From contig CAVPNL010000005.1 of the NCBI GenBank assembly GCA_963706575.1, forward strand, positions 224,001 to 288,000: a DNA stretch of 64,000 nt. The letters run 5' to 3'. Below the pieces are notes generated by a model. That model saw nothing but the letters and a program-made list of their open reading frames with translations, did not search any database and was not told the origin of the DNA. This document shows positions 1 to 12,711 of the stretch, one piece after another; position 1 is the first letter of the stretch; each line of letters begins with the position of its first letter. The DNA is from an uncultured delta proteobacterium. Its GTDB lineage: Bacteria > Desulfobacterota > Desulfobacteria > Desulfobacterales > JAHEIW01. The position numbers were made by a program, and so were the translations under genes.

Positions 1-204
1 GGAAGTTTTAACCTGCAGTATTACGAGATCTCTTCTGAAATCGGGAGGCTAAAGCGCGACAATATAAAAGCCTCCGGCTGTGAAGTGGTTGCCACCGGCT
101 GCCCTGCCTGCATGCTCCAGATATCAGATGTTCTTTCACGCTCAAAAGATCGCGTCGCCGTCAAACATCCGATCGAAATTTATGCCGAAGCGTTAACGCA
201 ATAG
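1..204 (+). CDS. 3' end of (Fe-S)-binding CCG-domain oxidoreductase (GlcF/heterodisulfide reductase-like), partial
   Basis: Frame 1 reads GSFNLQYYEISSEIGRLKRDNIKASGCEVVATGCPACMLQI...HPIEIYAEALTQ*; the ATGCPACMLQI and HPIE motifs are typical CCG C-termini. Confidence 0.75.
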   Translation, partial: GSFNLQYYEISSEIGRLKRDNIKASGCEVVATGCPACMLQISDVLSRSKDRVAVKHPIEIYAEALTQ

Positions 205-245
205 AACCTATCTCAAACAATATTTACATCCCCTTCAGATATTCT

Positions 246-482
246 ATGTTTGCCAGCGCTTTATACTTTGGATTTAAAAAAGAAAAAGATTTCTTTATAG
301 CGACTCCTGAGAAAGCGCTCCTGGACGCATTTTATCTGATTTCTTACGGTCGTTATGCACTTGACATTTCAGCGGTGGATGCAGAGAAACTTGACGGAGA
401 GGAGATCAGGCGCCTGAGCAAAGAATTCCCTCTTAAAACAAAGAACATGTTAAAAGAGTATGGATATCTTAAGAAAACATGA
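246..482 (+). pseudogene. C-terminal fragment of type IV TA antitoxin (AbiEi-like)
   Basis: YFGF...FIATPEKALLD motif; overlaps the downstream AbiEii gene; no room for the N-terminal wHTH. Confidence 0.6.
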
Positions 483-1120
483 AATGTTTGAAATAGAAGT
501 TTTGGACAAAATGAACAGTGCCAAAGTTGGAACCTCTTGTCTTCGGCGGCGGAACGATGCTGAGGCTCTGCCATGAGCTAGATCGTTATTCAGTCGATCT
601 TGATTTTTGGTTTATCAAAAGGATATCGCAGAATACATACTTCGAAAGAATTCGAAGGGCCTTTGAGAAAGACTATGAGATCACCGATTCCCAGATGAAA
701 CACTACACACTCTTATTCGAATTACGGTCTGCCTTATACCCAAAGCGGCTAAAAATTGAAATACGAAGAGAGAGGAAAGACTGCGATTTTCAGGAAAAGA
801 TCGCCTTTTCCAGGTTCAGCACAAAACAGGTCCTTCTAAAGGCCCACACCCTGAATCAAACGATGAAAAACAAATTCGACGCATTCCTTGATCGTGGAGA
901 GATCAGGGACTGTTTCGACATTGAGTTTCTGCTTCGGAGAGGAGTTGAGCTGCCTGCCCTTACCAGAAGGCAATCCAACGAGTTTCAGAAGAAGCTTGCA
1001 CAATTTAAAGAAAGAGATTTCAAGGTTAAGCTTGGATCCATCCTTGAGAATGAGATCCGAAAATATTATGTGGAACAGAGATTTGGCTATCTTCAGGAAA
1101 AGCTCGCTTCAATGCGATGA
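460..1120 (+). CDS. AbiEii/AbiGii-family nucleotidyltransferase toxin (one frameshift near 525)
   Basis: MDILRKHEMFEIEVLDKMNSAK joins LVFGGGTMLRLCHELDRYSVDLDF; GGT and RxSxDLD motifs, K...RDxFD. Confidence 0.8.
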
Positions 1121-1163
1121 CAACCTTTACCTTTGTTAATACTTAAATTAAAGGATAGACATC

Positions 1164-1472
1164 ATGGAAGACATTCATACAATTTTCAGCCAGTTTAAAA
1201 GCGAATTTCCCGAAATCCACCAAAAACATGAAGCATTGGGAAAAGCAGTTCATGAAAAGGGCGGGCCTTTGTCTGAAAAAAGTCGCTGGTTAATAAAAAT
1301 TGCGATTTCGGCGGCTTGCAACCACAAGCGCGCTCTGGAGACGCATCTTCAAAAAGCCAGGGCCGCGGGTATTGACGAAGATGAAATTAAACATGCCTTA
1401 TTGCTGCTGATCCCGACGGCCGGCTTCCCGGCCTTTATGAAGTCCTATGCGGTGTTAAAAAGCATTAAATAA
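1164..1472 (+). CDS. carboxymuconolactone decarboxylase (CMD/AhpD-like) family protein
   Basis: GPLSEKSRWLIKIAISAA...H...AGIDEDEIKHALLLLIPTAGFP. Confidence 0.8.
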   Translation: MEDIHTIFSQFKSEFPEIHQKHEALGKAVHEKGGPLSEKSRWLIKIAISAACNHKRALETHLQKARAAGIDEDEIKHALLLLIPTAGFPAFMKSYAVLKSIK

Positions 1473-1572
1473 TGTGGCATTTCTGTCTTCCGTCAGTTGC
1501 CGTTTGAACATTGATATTGTGCAACGGACGACGCACAACACATCACAGGCGCTATGTTTAAGGGTGAAAAAG

Positions 1573-2927
1573 GTGAAACCGACTAAAAAACAGGGTATCG
1601 GAGATTTGATTTCCGGTTTTTTTTCTTTCATCCGGGTTGATATCTGGCGGATTCGATTGGCCGATCTGCCTTTCGGCAAATCCTTTCTGATTCGGCAATT
1701 GCGTATAATTATTCTGGCATTTCGCGGCTATGATGAAGACCGCTGTTTGATACGAGCATCTTCTTTGACGTTTTATACACTGCTTTCAATCGTTCCGGTC
1801 GCCGCCATGTTCTTCGGGGTCGCCAAGGGTTTCGGCTTCGAAAAGGCTTCTGGAAAAAGAATTTTTCAACCGATTTGCCGGCCAGGAAGAGATTTTAAGT
1901 CAGGTACTTTCTTTTTCGAATTCACTCTTGAGCAGACCCGGGGCGGTCTCCTCGCCGGCATCGGTCTGCTGCTTCTTTTCTGGTCGGTTCTTAAGGTCCT
2001 GGGCATATTGAAATGGCCTTAAATGACATCTGGGGAATAAAGAAAGCCGCAGCTGGGGCAGAAAATTTAGCGACTATCTTTCGATTATGCTGATCAGCCC
2101 GATTCTGGTGCTGATGAGCGGCAGTGCAACGGTTTTTATTACAACCCAGGTCACGCAGATTACCCAGAAAATAGAATTGCTGGGGTTCATCAGCCCGTTG
2201 ATATCTTTTTTGCTGAAGTTCATACCCTATATTTTGATCTGGGCCTTGTTTACGATTCTCTATATTATTATGCCCAATACCAAAGTCAAATTTAAGGCCG
2301 GCCTGCTCGGAGGGGTGGTTGCCGGGACGCTTTACCAAATTGTCCAGGGGGCGTATATTAGTTTTCAAATCGGTGTGGCAAAATACAACGCCATTTACGG
2401 AAGCTTTGCCGCCCTGCCGCTTTTTTTGATGTGGCTTCAAATTAGCTGGTGGATTGTCCTCTTCGGCGCCGAATTGTCTTTTGCCAATCAAAATGTGGAT
2501 ACCTATGAGTATGAGCCGGACTGTCTTAAGGTCAGTCCGGGCTTTAAGAAATTACTGGCGCTGCAAATTGCCCATCTGTTGATCAAAAAATTCGAGAATG
2601 GCGACAGGCCTCTCAGCGATTCACAGATTTCAACGCAGCTTGAGATGCCGATTCGCCTGGTGCATAATATTTTATTCGATTTGGTCGAAAGCGGCCTGGT
2701 GTCAGAAATCAAGCACAAAGGCCGATAAGGAATTCGCCTATCAACCCGCCCGCGACATCAATAAGATGACCATTCAATGCGTTCTGGAAGCGCTTGATCA
2801 AAAGGGGACCGACGATATACCGGTTGCCAAGACCGAGGATTATCAGGCGCTGTCCGATGCGCTGCAGGACTTCAGCGAAGCTATGGAGAGATCGCCGGCC
2901 AATAAGCTCCTCAAGGATTATAGATGA
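1573..2927 (+). CDS. YihY/BrkB family membrane protein with C-terminal Rrf2-like HTH (frameshifted)
   Basis: Fragments 1474-2022, 2087-2728, 2598-2927: ASSLTFYTLLSIVP, YNAIYGSFAALPLFLMWLQISWWIVLFGAEL. Confidence 0.8.
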
Positions 2928-2964
2928 GAGTTGAGCTGGAGGTTTTAATTTCAGATATGGATTT

Positions 2965-3948
2965 TTATTCCGTAAGACTGAGCTGACCGGCAAAGAAACA
3001 GGCAACAAAATGCTTATTTCGAATTTCCCTGAATTCCGGTTCCCTTTTACTGCAAATATCTTTGGCAAAAAGGCAACGCGGGTGAAAGCTGCAGCCCGGC
3101 GGGGGATCGATGGGGCTGGGGACATCGCCTTTTAGAATTATCCTTTCATTACCTTTGAGAGCAGGGTCTGGAACAGGTACAGCTGAAAGCAGCGCCTGGG
3201 TATAGGGGTGTAGCGGGTCTGGTAGAGGGCTTTGTTTGGCGCAAACTCCACGATTTTGCCCAGGTACATGACGGCCACGCGGTCACTTATATGTTCCACC
3301 ACACTTAAATCATGGGAAATGAAAAGATAGGTCAGTCCGAAATCATTTTGCAGATCTTTCAGTAGATTAATGACCTGGGCCTGGATGGAAACGTCCAGCG
3401 CGGACACCGCCTCATCACAGACGATCAGTTTGGGGTTAAGCGCCAAAGCACGGGCCACACCGATTCGTTGCCGCTGACCACCGGAGAATTGGTGGGGATA
3501 GCGACGCATGTGCTCCTTGCGCAGGCCTACCACCCGCAGTAAGTCGAGCACCCTTTCGTCTCTTTTCTTTCTGCTTCTCATCCCGTGGACGAGCAGAGGC
3601 TCACCAATGATGTGCGATACGGTTTTGCGGGGGTTGAGGGAAGAGAAAGGATCCTGGAAGATGATCTGCATCTTTTCGCGCAGATGCCTGCATCTTTTTC
3701 TTATCATAGCCCAGAATGCTTTCACCTTCGAAAAAGATTTCACCGGAAGTGGGCTCTTCCAGGCGTAGGATCGCTCTTCCGAATGTTGTCTTGCCGCAGC
3801 CGGATTCTCCCACCAGACCGACGGTTTCGCCCTCATCAATGGTCAGACTGACACCATCAACGGCTTTAACCGCGGCGATTTCCTTCATAAAAACACCGCC
3901 TTTGATGGGGAAATACTTAACAATATTTCTGGCTTCAAGCAGGGATGT

Positions 3949-3956
<8 letters not shown>
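2965..3956 (-). CDS. dppF: dipeptide/oligopeptide ABC ATP-binding subunit (frameshifted)
   Basis: [18 protein letters not shown]-terminal [22 protein letters not shown]...HFVACF read manually to TAA at 2965. Confidence 0.85.
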
Positions 3957-4926
<970 letters not shown>

Positions 4927-4937
4927 AAAGCCTGATT

Positions 4938-5832
4938 TTAATCCCTGAGCCTGGGGTCCAGAGCGTCTCTTAAGCCGTCACCTAGGAGGTTGAAGCCCAG
5001 CACTGCGAAAAGAATTGCCAATCCGGGAAATGTCATTACCCATGAGGCCCGCAGGATCAACGCGCGGCTTTTGGCAATCATGGCGCCCCATTCCGGTGTG
5101 GGCGGTTGGGCGCCCAATCCCAAAAAACTCAAGGCCGCCATATCCAGGATGGCCGATGCAAATCCCAGGGTGGTCTGGACGATTAAGGGGCCGAGGCAGT
5201 TGGGTAAAATGGCAATAAAAATAATGCGAAAATCACGTGGCGCCGATGGCCCGGGCGGCACTGACATAGTCTTTCTCACATTCTTCCAGCACGCTGCCGC
5301 GCACAATGCGGGCAAACCGCGGCATATAGGTGATTGCGATGGCAATCATGGCGTTTTGCAGACTGGGCCCCAGGTAGGCCACTACCACAATGGCCAGCAG
5401 AATGTAGGGAAAGGCCAGGATAATATCCATAAAACGCATGATGATGCTGTCCCTGAACCCTTTGTAATAGCCGGAGATGCAGCCCAGCAGGGTGCCGCAG
5501 AAAAATGCCAGACCGACGCTGAAGACCGCCACAACCAATGAGACCCGCGCACCGTAAATCAGGCGCGAGAGGATATCCCGTCCCAGGTCATCGGTGCCCA
5601 GGATATTTTTCCAGGTGCCGGTCGCATGCCACACCGGCGGTTTGAGCTGATCGTAAAGGGATGTTTCAATCGGATTGTGAGGGCTCAGATAAGGGGCAAA
5701 GATGGCACTCAGGATAAAAATCGTTATGATTACCAGACCCAGCACGGCGGTTTTGTTGCGCCACAGCTGGCTGAGCTGGTCAAAAAACGGGTGTCGGTCT
5801 TCCGGATTTTTTTTTGGTTTTTCGTTTTTCAT
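4938..5832 (-). CDS. dppC: dipeptide ABC permease (frameshift near 5235)
   Basis: LGTDDLGRDILSRLIYGARVSL; YVSAARAIGA; LSFLGLGAQPPTPEWG. Confidence 0.88.
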
Positions 5833-5839
5833 ATTAATT

Positions 5840-5915
5840 GTGTTTAGTATTTAGTGTTTGGAAGTTTGACTGCGAATGGCGAAACACCAAACACCAAACA
5901 CGAAACACAAATACC
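5840..5915. repeat. 7-nt tandem/inverted repeat cassette (GTGTTTR / CAAACAC)
   Basis: gtgttta-gtattta-gtgtttg ... gaaacac-caaacac-caaacac-gaaacac. Confidence 0.75.
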
Positions 5916-5918
5916 ATG

Positions 5919-6923
5919 TTATTTCACACTTATTCTGGGGTTGATAATGGCATACAGTACATCCACGCAAAGGTTGATAATGACAAAGATCGTGGCGATG
6001 AACAGGGTGCCGCTGCGGATGACCATGTAATCGCGCTGCATCACGGCGTCATACATCCATTTGCCCACACCGGGCCAGGCAAAGATCGTTTCCGTCAGAA
6101 TTGCCCCACCCAGCAGTACGCCGAATTGAAGACCGATGGTGGTGACCACCGGAATCAACGCATTGCGCAAGGCGTGCTTGAAAATGACGTTAAACTGTGA
6201 AAGTCCCTTGGCTTTAGCGGTTTTGATGTAATCCTGGCGCAGCACCTCCAGCATCGAAGAGCGGGTCATGCGGGCGACAATGGCCGTCGGAATCGTGCTG
6301 AGGGTAACCGCCGGCATGATGATGTGCCAGAGCGCATCTCTGAGTGCCGCCCAGTTGCGGGTCAGCAACGCATCCAGGATATAGAAGTTGGTGATGACCT
6401 CAAGATCAATACCCACACTCAATCTGCCGGACATGGGCAGCCAGCCCAGATTCAAGGAAAATATGAGCATAAATACCAGTCCCAGCCAGAAAATGGGCAT
6501 ACTGACCCCTGCCAGGGCTCCGAGCATGCTGAGGTAGTCAAATATGGAGTACTGTTTGGTGGCTGATATAATGCCGAGAATCATGCCGGCAAAACAACTG
6601 ATGAATAAGGCCACAATGGAGAGCTCGATGGTGGCCGGAAAGCGCTGCTTGATCTCGATCCAGACTTGCTGGCGCGTCCAGATGGTTTCTCCCAGATCGC
6701 CCTTCATCAATTGTTTTAGAAACAGACCGTATTGAACATACAGCGGTTTGTTGAGCCCCAGATGCTCGCGTATTTCCTGCAGGGCTTCTTCCGAGGCCCT
6801 CTCTCCCATGAGCAGTTCAGCCGGATCGCCCGGCGTAAAGTGCAGCATGAGAAACACGAGGATGGATACGCCCAGCAGGGTGGGGATCAGTACGAATATT
6901 CTGCGGATGATATAAGCCAGCAT
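5919..6923 (-). CDS. dppB: dipeptide ABC permease
   Basis: PGDPA, RFPATIEL, RMTRSSMLEVLRQDYIKTAKAKGL, ETIFAWPGVG. Confidence 0.92.
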   Translation of the reverse strand: MLAYIIRRIFVLIPTLLGVSILVFLMLHFTPGDPAELLMGERASEEALQEIREHLGLNKPLYVQYGLFLKQLMKGDLGETIWTRQQVWIEIKQRFPATIELSIVALFISCFAGMILGIISATKQYSIFDYLSMLGALAGVSMPIFWLGLVFMLIFSLNLGWLPMSGRLSVGIDLEVITNFYILDALLTRNWAALRDALWHIIMPAVTLSTIPTAIVARMTRSSMLEVLRQDYIKTAKAKGLSQFNVIFKHALRNALIPVVTTIGLQFGVLLGGAILTETIFAWPGVGKWMYDAVMQRDYMVIRSGTLFIATIFVIINLCVDVLYAIINPRISVK

Positions 6924-7060
6924 TGAGAGTTATGATATTGAATGGTTTATGTCGGGCTTGCTGCAATAATCGTTTAATGCCGGTTTTTATTCATGTCTGA
7001 ATGGTATCTTGCTACCCGATGAAGCTTAATTCTCTATACTAAATAACTCCGGCTGTAAAC

Positions 7061-7095
7061 AAAAAAGGGAAAGAGGAACTCCCTCTTTCCCTTTT
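7061..7095 (-). terminator. intrinsic terminator after dppA
   Basis: aaaagggaaagagg-aactc-cctctttccctttt hairpin with T-run on the minus strand. Confidence 0.75.
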
Positions 7096-7122
7096 CTCAA
7101 ATAGCTGGATAATGGATATCTT

Positions 7123-8802
7123 TTACTTCAACGAGACATTTTTCAACCGGACGGATCCGGTTGGATGCAATTTGAAGTCCGTGACATTATTCAATGCCGG
7201 CCAAATTTGTGTTGAGTGGGCCACACTGATCACCGGGACTTCGTCATAGATAAGCTGTAGAGCCTTTTTATAGATCTCGGTTCGTTTGGCCTGATCAACG
7301 GTCTGTTTACCCTGCTGCATCAAATTGTGGTATTCTTCGTTCTGCCATTGGGTTCTGACTGAAGACGATGCCAGACCATCGAAGAGGACGGCCAGGAAGT
7401 TGTCCGGATCGCCGTTGTCGCCGGTCCAGCCCAGCTGAAACAGATCCATATCTTCCGGTTGTTCGCGCTGGCGCTTCAGATAGGTTCCCCACTCGTAGCT
7501 GACGATCCGGGAATTGATGCCGACTTTGGCCAGATCAGCGGACATGGCCACCCCAATTTTTAACCCATCGGGGTTATAGGGTCTGGGAACCGGCATGGAC
7601 CACAGGGTAATTTCCGGCAACCCCTTGCCGTCCGGGAATCCGGCTTCGGCCAGTTCGGCTTTGGCCATTTCCAGATCGTAGTCAAATCCGGGTACTTGCT
7701 CGTTGTAGCCCCACATGGTGGGCGGAATCGGGTTTTTGGCGACCTGCCCCATACCCTGGTAGAGGTTGTCAACAATGGCCTTGCGGTTGATGGCATGGGC
7801 AATGGCCTTGCGCAGATGCAGATTGCTCTTCCAGGGCTCCTTGGTGTGGTTAAAAGACAGGTAGCCGATGTTCATGCCGGGCTGTTCGATGAGTTTGATG
7901 TTTGGGTCCTTTCGGGCCAGTTCAATATCGGCCGGGTTGGGGAACTGGCAGATGTGGATACTGCCGGCTTTGAGCTCCAGAAAACGCACCGAATTTTCCG
8001 GGATGGAACGAAATACGACCTTGTCCAGGTAGGGGCCGCCGGATTTATCCCAGTAGTCCGTATTTTTGGCCAGGATGATACGATCGTCTTTGACCCATTT
8101 TACAAATTTAAACGGGCCGGTGCCAACGGGGTTGCGCAGGAACTCTTTGGGATTTTTCATAAAGGCCGTCGGGCTGATGATGTCGGCAAAGTCCATGCCC
8201 ATGTTGGCCAGAAACGGTGCCTCGACTCTTTTGAGATTGAAGACCACCGTATACTCGTCGGTGGCTTCGATGGAGCCAATGGTATCATCCATTTCCATGG
8301 AAACCCAGTATTCGGGCGTACGCTCCTGGGCCGGAATATCCCAGCCCTTGCCGAAGAATTTGACCTTGCGATCTTTCATCATGCGGCCGATGGAGAAAAC
8401 CACGGCATCGGCGTTAAACGGTGTTCCATCGTGGAACTTAACCCCTTTTCGTAAATGGAAGGTGTACGTTTTGCCATCCGGCGTAATGTCCCAGGATTCG
8501 GCCAGCCCGGGCTCCAGTGCGGTTGACTCGTCGGCATAAAATACCAGCGCCTCAAAGACGTTGTCGCACACCATGAAAGAGTTGCCGTCCGTTTCATAGG
8601 CCGGATCGAGCCCGACACTGTCGCCGCCGCGGCCAAAAACCAGCGTGCCTTTATCCACAGCCGGTTCAGCTTCGGCTTTCTTCTCAGGTTCAGCGACTTT
8701 GGCGACCTCTTTTTTTTCGCCACAGCCGGAAATTGAAAAGATGATCAGTAAACATGCCACCCCTACCAACCAAAATTTAATTAATGATTTACCCCTTCTC
8801 AT
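7123..8802 (-). CDS. dppA: dipeptide ABC substrate-binding lipoprotein (family 5)
   Basis: Lipobox ISGC; PGLAESW...YTFHLRKGVKFHDGTPFNADAV; PVGTGPF; GWTGDNGDPDNF. Confidence 0.92.
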   Translation of the reverse strand: MRRGKSLIKFWLVGVACLLIIFSISGCGEKKEVAKVAEPEKKAEAEPAVDKGTLVFGRGGDSVGLDPAYETDGNSFMVCDNVFEALVFYADESTALEPGLAESWDITPDGKTYTFHLRKGVKFHDGTPFNADAVVFSIGRMMKDRKVKFFGKGWDIPAQERTPEYWVSMEMDDTIGSIEATDEYTVVFNLKRVEAPFLANMGMDFADIISPTAFMKNPKEFLRNPVGTGPFKFVKWVKDDRIILAKNTDYWDKSGGPYLDKVVFRSIPENSVRFLELKAGSIHICQFPNPADIELARKDPNIKLIEQPGMNIGYLSFNHTKEPWKSNLHLRKAIAHAINRKAIVDNLYQGMGQVAKNPIPPTMWGYNEQVPGFDYDLEMAKAELAEAGFPDGKGLPEITLWSMPVPRPYNPDGLKIGVAMSADLAKVGINSRIVSYEWGTYLKRQREQPEDMDLFQLGWTGDNGDPDNFLAVLFDGLASSSVRTQWQNEEYHNLMQQGKQTVDQAKRTEIYKKALQLIYDEVPVISVAHSTQIWPALNNVTDFKLHPTGSVRLKNVSLK

Positions 8803-8933
8803 TTTTGCCTCCTTGATAAAAAATAAGTGCTTCTGTTAAATGTTTCAAGAAAAGCCTGTAGCCCCTTTATGGTTGCTACAATTAATATCAAATGTCATGG
8901 GTTTGTCAAAAAAACGATGTGTTTCACTGATCC

Positions 8934-9400
8934 ATGGATATTACACCAAATCTTTCTCCTGATAATTTTGGTACTATTGCCGTCAATTCAGCTATCCTGC
9001 ACATCGCTGGGATTAAAACCGTTTCCTGGACAGACCTGCCGACATACCGATCTCGAATACTTGTCAACAGGGCTATGAGGTGGTTCCTTCACCTTACGGA
9101 CCTCTCCCTTCCATATATTTCGGATAAAGGACCACAATCGCGATCTTCGGCCCAGTATATCCGCGAAGAATGGTCAGGACATCGATATCATTGAATATAA
9201 AATGCTAAAGAAAACGACGGCACCTCGGATCGGCAACCTTATCTGGTATTTATTGATGATGACTTTGATGGTATAGCCGAACAGGCTTTTCTTGGATTCG
9301 GATTTGGACGGCTCATTGAATAAGATTTACGACATTGCATTAGAAGGTTTAATCATGAACAAGATTACATTCAAGAAGTTTATGCCCCTGCAGCGGAAAC
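8934..9400 (+). CDS. hypothetical protein, fragmented
   Basis: Consecutive short frames including YLVFIDDDFDGIAEQAFL/DSDLDGSLNKIYD; boundaries uncertain. Confidence 0.25.
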
Positions 9401-9547
9401 CACCCTGTAGAATTACGTCACAAAAGCCCCGATCTAATCTGAACCTGAAATCGGGCAGTGCAGTGCCGGCCCAAACAAAACCGATTAAAAGGCACCTATT
9501 CTTGCGGAACTTATATCCTGCCTTCTTTAATTAATCCGGTGAGGGCT

Positions 9548-9959
9548 TCATAGCTTTTCGCCCAGCCCGATGACATCATCATTTGAAAACCCCAGACGTT
9601 CATAAACGAAAATCACCGCCGGTTTGAAGGTGCGGACCTGCAAATTGATTTTGGGGCAACCCCTTTTTTTAAGCGCCGACTCGGTTTTCTCGGTCATGCG
9701 GCGGCCGATTTTCTGCCGCTGATAATCCGGATCCACGGCCAGATGATAGATCCAGCCGCGGTGCCCGTCATAGCCGGTCATAACCGTTGCCGACGATACG
9801 ACCGCTGACGGTGCCCGACGAACAGTAGGTTTGAAACTTGCGTTTCATTTCGATATCTTTTTTTGGTTCATTTTGCGGGACCACCAGGTTGCAGCAATGC
9901 CATAACTCAATGACCGCGGATCCGTCAGAAGCCTGATAGGATCGAATCTTAAATTCCAC
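9548..9959 (-). CDS. GNAT acetyltransferase (YpeA-like), frameshifted
   Basis: MEFKIRSYQASD...ELW; GYDGHRGWIYHLAVDPDYQRQKIG; GCPKINLQVR. Confidence 0.8.
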
Positions 9960-10221
9960 ATTCGATCGGCGCCGGCAGATCCTCTTTTTTTTGAAAGGAG
10001 TTATATTCCGGTGTTACAATGAGATTTTCTTTTTTATCGATGATATCGGGTTGGTAAACGTTTTCAGCCCAATCATCCGGTTCCACTTCCTCAAAGGCCA
10101 CCGATACGGATTTCTCCTGGCATCCCGCAATTTCGACAACGCTCTTTACGATTTTACGTGCCAGCTGTTTTTTTTGTTCCACGGATCTTCCGGGGTAGAG
10201 TTTTACGATGACGTGCGGCAT
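9949..10221 (-). CDS. 4-oxalocrotonate tautomerase family (PptA-like)
   Basis: N-terminal Pro: MPHVIVKLYPGRSVEQK...SVSVAFEEV. Confidence 0.85.
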   Translation of the reverse strand: MPHVIVKLYPGRSVEQKKQLARKIVKSVVEIAGCQEKSVSVAFEEVEPDDWAENVYQPDIIDKKENLIVTPEYNSFQKKEDLPAPIECGI

Positions 10222-10352
10222 GCGATAAATCCTTCCGTCGGTTAAGCCCGTTGCCCGTTTAGCGCCTTGTCCTGTTGTGGTTAAGTAAAGTATACCTTAT
10301 TCCTTTTTTAACGGGCACAACCGCCTGCGGCGGGCCAACCGGATTACGAGAT

Positions 10353-11439
10353 CTAAGCTTTAGGCACTATCGCCTGTGATCTATTGATAAAGGCGCCCAA
10401 CAAGTCATAGAGTTTATAAAGACTGTCGATATTGATGTGTTCATCAGCAGAATGTTGGCTCATATCACCATCAGCTCCCCAGACAATGCCTTTGATGCCA
10501 TGGGCGGATAAAAAGCGGGCGTCACTGGCGCCATGCTCAAAACCGACTTCGCTGTCCTTTGCGATTTCCAGCAGCAGGTCCAGATAGGGGGAGTCACCGC
10601 CTTCAAACAGCGGCTCTTTTTTCTCGACCACCAGTTCTCCCTTAATTTCCTTCTGGATGTTTTTAAAAAGTGCTTCCAGGTCGTCGTTTTCCGTGTAGCG
10701 GATATCGAACAGGGCTTCGGCATAATCCGGGACCTGGTTGGAGACCTTGCCGGCCTGAATCCAGCTGAAATTTAAGGTGCGGTGCCAGTGATCCGGATCC
10801 GAAAGCTCAAAATTTGTCTTCAGCACCTGATAATCGTTGATGAGGTTTTCAATGGCATTCTCTCCCAGCCAGGGTCTTGCGCCGTGAGCGGTCTTGCCTC
10901 TGGCAATCAGCTTTAATTTAACAATGCCTTTTTCTTTGATAACAATTTTGTTTAGACCGCCGCCGTCTAAAGCAATACAAAACTCAGCTTTGATTTCTTT
11001 TAGCGCTTTCTGAGCCGTTAGCACCGCCGATCTCTTCATCAGCCGTGATGATAATACCGAAGGGCAGATCCTTCTGGTCTTTGCCTTCTTTTTGCAGTTG
11101 CTGCAGGTAGTTTTTTACGAAAACCAGGGATAAGGCAGCTGCATACTTGTCGTCGATGCTACCGCGGCCATACAGGGCGTCGCCCTTTACCCGGGGATTA
11201 AACAGGTCATCAGGGCCGTCGACCACATCGATATGGGACATCAGCAAGATGGGAGCAAAGTTACTTTGCGGCATAACGATAACAGACGGAATGTCAGCAT
11301 GATCCAGCCGCCTGTAAGTGGCACCGCACTGCTTTAAATAATCTTCAATAAACGACACACAGCGCTGAATTTCAGCAGGCTGAGAATGCATGGTTTTAAA
11401 GCGAATGAGATCCTCTGTCAACGTGACGAGTTCTTCCAT
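10353..11439 (-). CDS. M20 family metallopeptidase/deacylase (DapE/ArgE-like), frameshift near 11015
   Basis: SHIDVV, YGRGSIDDK, DEEIGG, AHGARPW, GASDARF, HSADEHI. Confidence 0.88.
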
Positions 11440-11440
11440 T

Positions 11441-12116
11441 TTATAAACTTTTTACAGCAGCGATGACAGCCTCCACGGCGGTTTCGATGAACATTCTGCC
11501 CATATTGATGGTGAGATCATAATTTTCAGGATCGGATATATCGGCATTATAGGATTTTCTGATAAAAGCGCTGCGCCTTGATTCTCTACCAATCACGCGC
11601 TTCCTGGCTTCGGCAGACACTTTATAGGCGCGGGCCACATTTTGAATCCTTATTTCTAATGGGGCCACGATCCGCAAACTGAATCTTTCTTCAGGCGGGA
11701 GAATAAAATTGGCGCCCCGGCCGACAATTACCGCGCGCCCATGATTTGCAATCGTGTTGACAACCTTCACCAGATGTTCCATGTAGATACCGGGATAGAG
11801 ATATTGGTCTTTGTAAAGGGAGGCGATAAAATCCTCAACCCCCGAGAGTCGTTCTTTTTCAAGGGTATCGATGACCGAGGCCCGTATTTTGGCGCTTTTG
11901 GCGATTCCCTGGATAATGTCCCGGTGAAAATAATCAAAACCTAATCGATCGGCAACTTCCTGGGCCACAAGGCTGCCGCCGCTTCCAGGTTTCATGCTAA
12001 CTGTGATCACCGGAATATGGACTTCCGGCATGCGGTCTTTTTTCGGCAGGGCCGCTTTCCCATTTTCTGATTTGCTGCTTTACAAACTCCGCGATTGAAT
12101 TTTCTTTTGTGACCAT
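11441..12116 (-). CDS. cytidylate kinase-like family protein (frameshift near 12035)
   Basis: VITVSMKPGSGG, VIVGRGANFIL, DPENYDLTIN; N-terminus MVTKENSIAEFVKQQIRKWE in adjacent frame. Confidence 0.8.
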
Positions 12117-12126
12117 TTTTTTCAGA

Positions 12127-12711
12127 TTATTTTCCGGATGTGCTTTCCATGAAATGATAAAGCAATTTCTGCTCGTCGACTGCCGTGATTTCTTCAGGCA
12201 GCCGTTTCTCCGCCAGCGCGATAGCGGATTCAATCAGCTCTGATCGAATTAAATTTCTGGCCTCTACGATTTGGTTTTCGATTCTCTGCCGGGTACCAGC
12301 CAGCAAAATCATGCTTTCATGACGGGCGTCTTCAATGATACCTGTTTTCTCTTTTCGCCGTCCTCAATGATTCTCTTTTTTACGTTTTTAAAACGGGTGA
12401 TGCTGTTTTTAAGCACTTTGTTTGCTTCTTTAATTTTTTCTTCGGCCGCTTCTTTTTGCTGCTCAAATTTTTTGATCTGGTGATCGATCTCTTCTCTACG
12501 GTTCGAAAAAAAATCTTTTATCGGTTTTCTGCCAAACTTTACCAGGACAAACGCAATGATCGCGAAATTCAACCACCGCATCACCAGATCAAAAGTTGAT
12601 CGCCAGTCATCTGTGGTTTCGGCTGCAGGGCGTCAGTGCTGCCTAAAAGCAGCGCGACACAAACGGCGATCAAATAACAGCCGAAAAATGCGATAGGGTA
12701 ATTTTCCTCAT
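12127..12711 (-). CDS. atpF: F0 ATP synthase subunit b (frameshifted)
   Basis: MRWLNFAIIAFVLVKFGRKPIKDFFSNRREEI + coiled coil + AIALAEKRL...ITAVDEQKL. Confidence 0.8.

Noticed and set aside
9192..9194. TGA as a third Sec codon
   Set aside because: In-frame TAA follows two codons later; no redox motif or hairpin.
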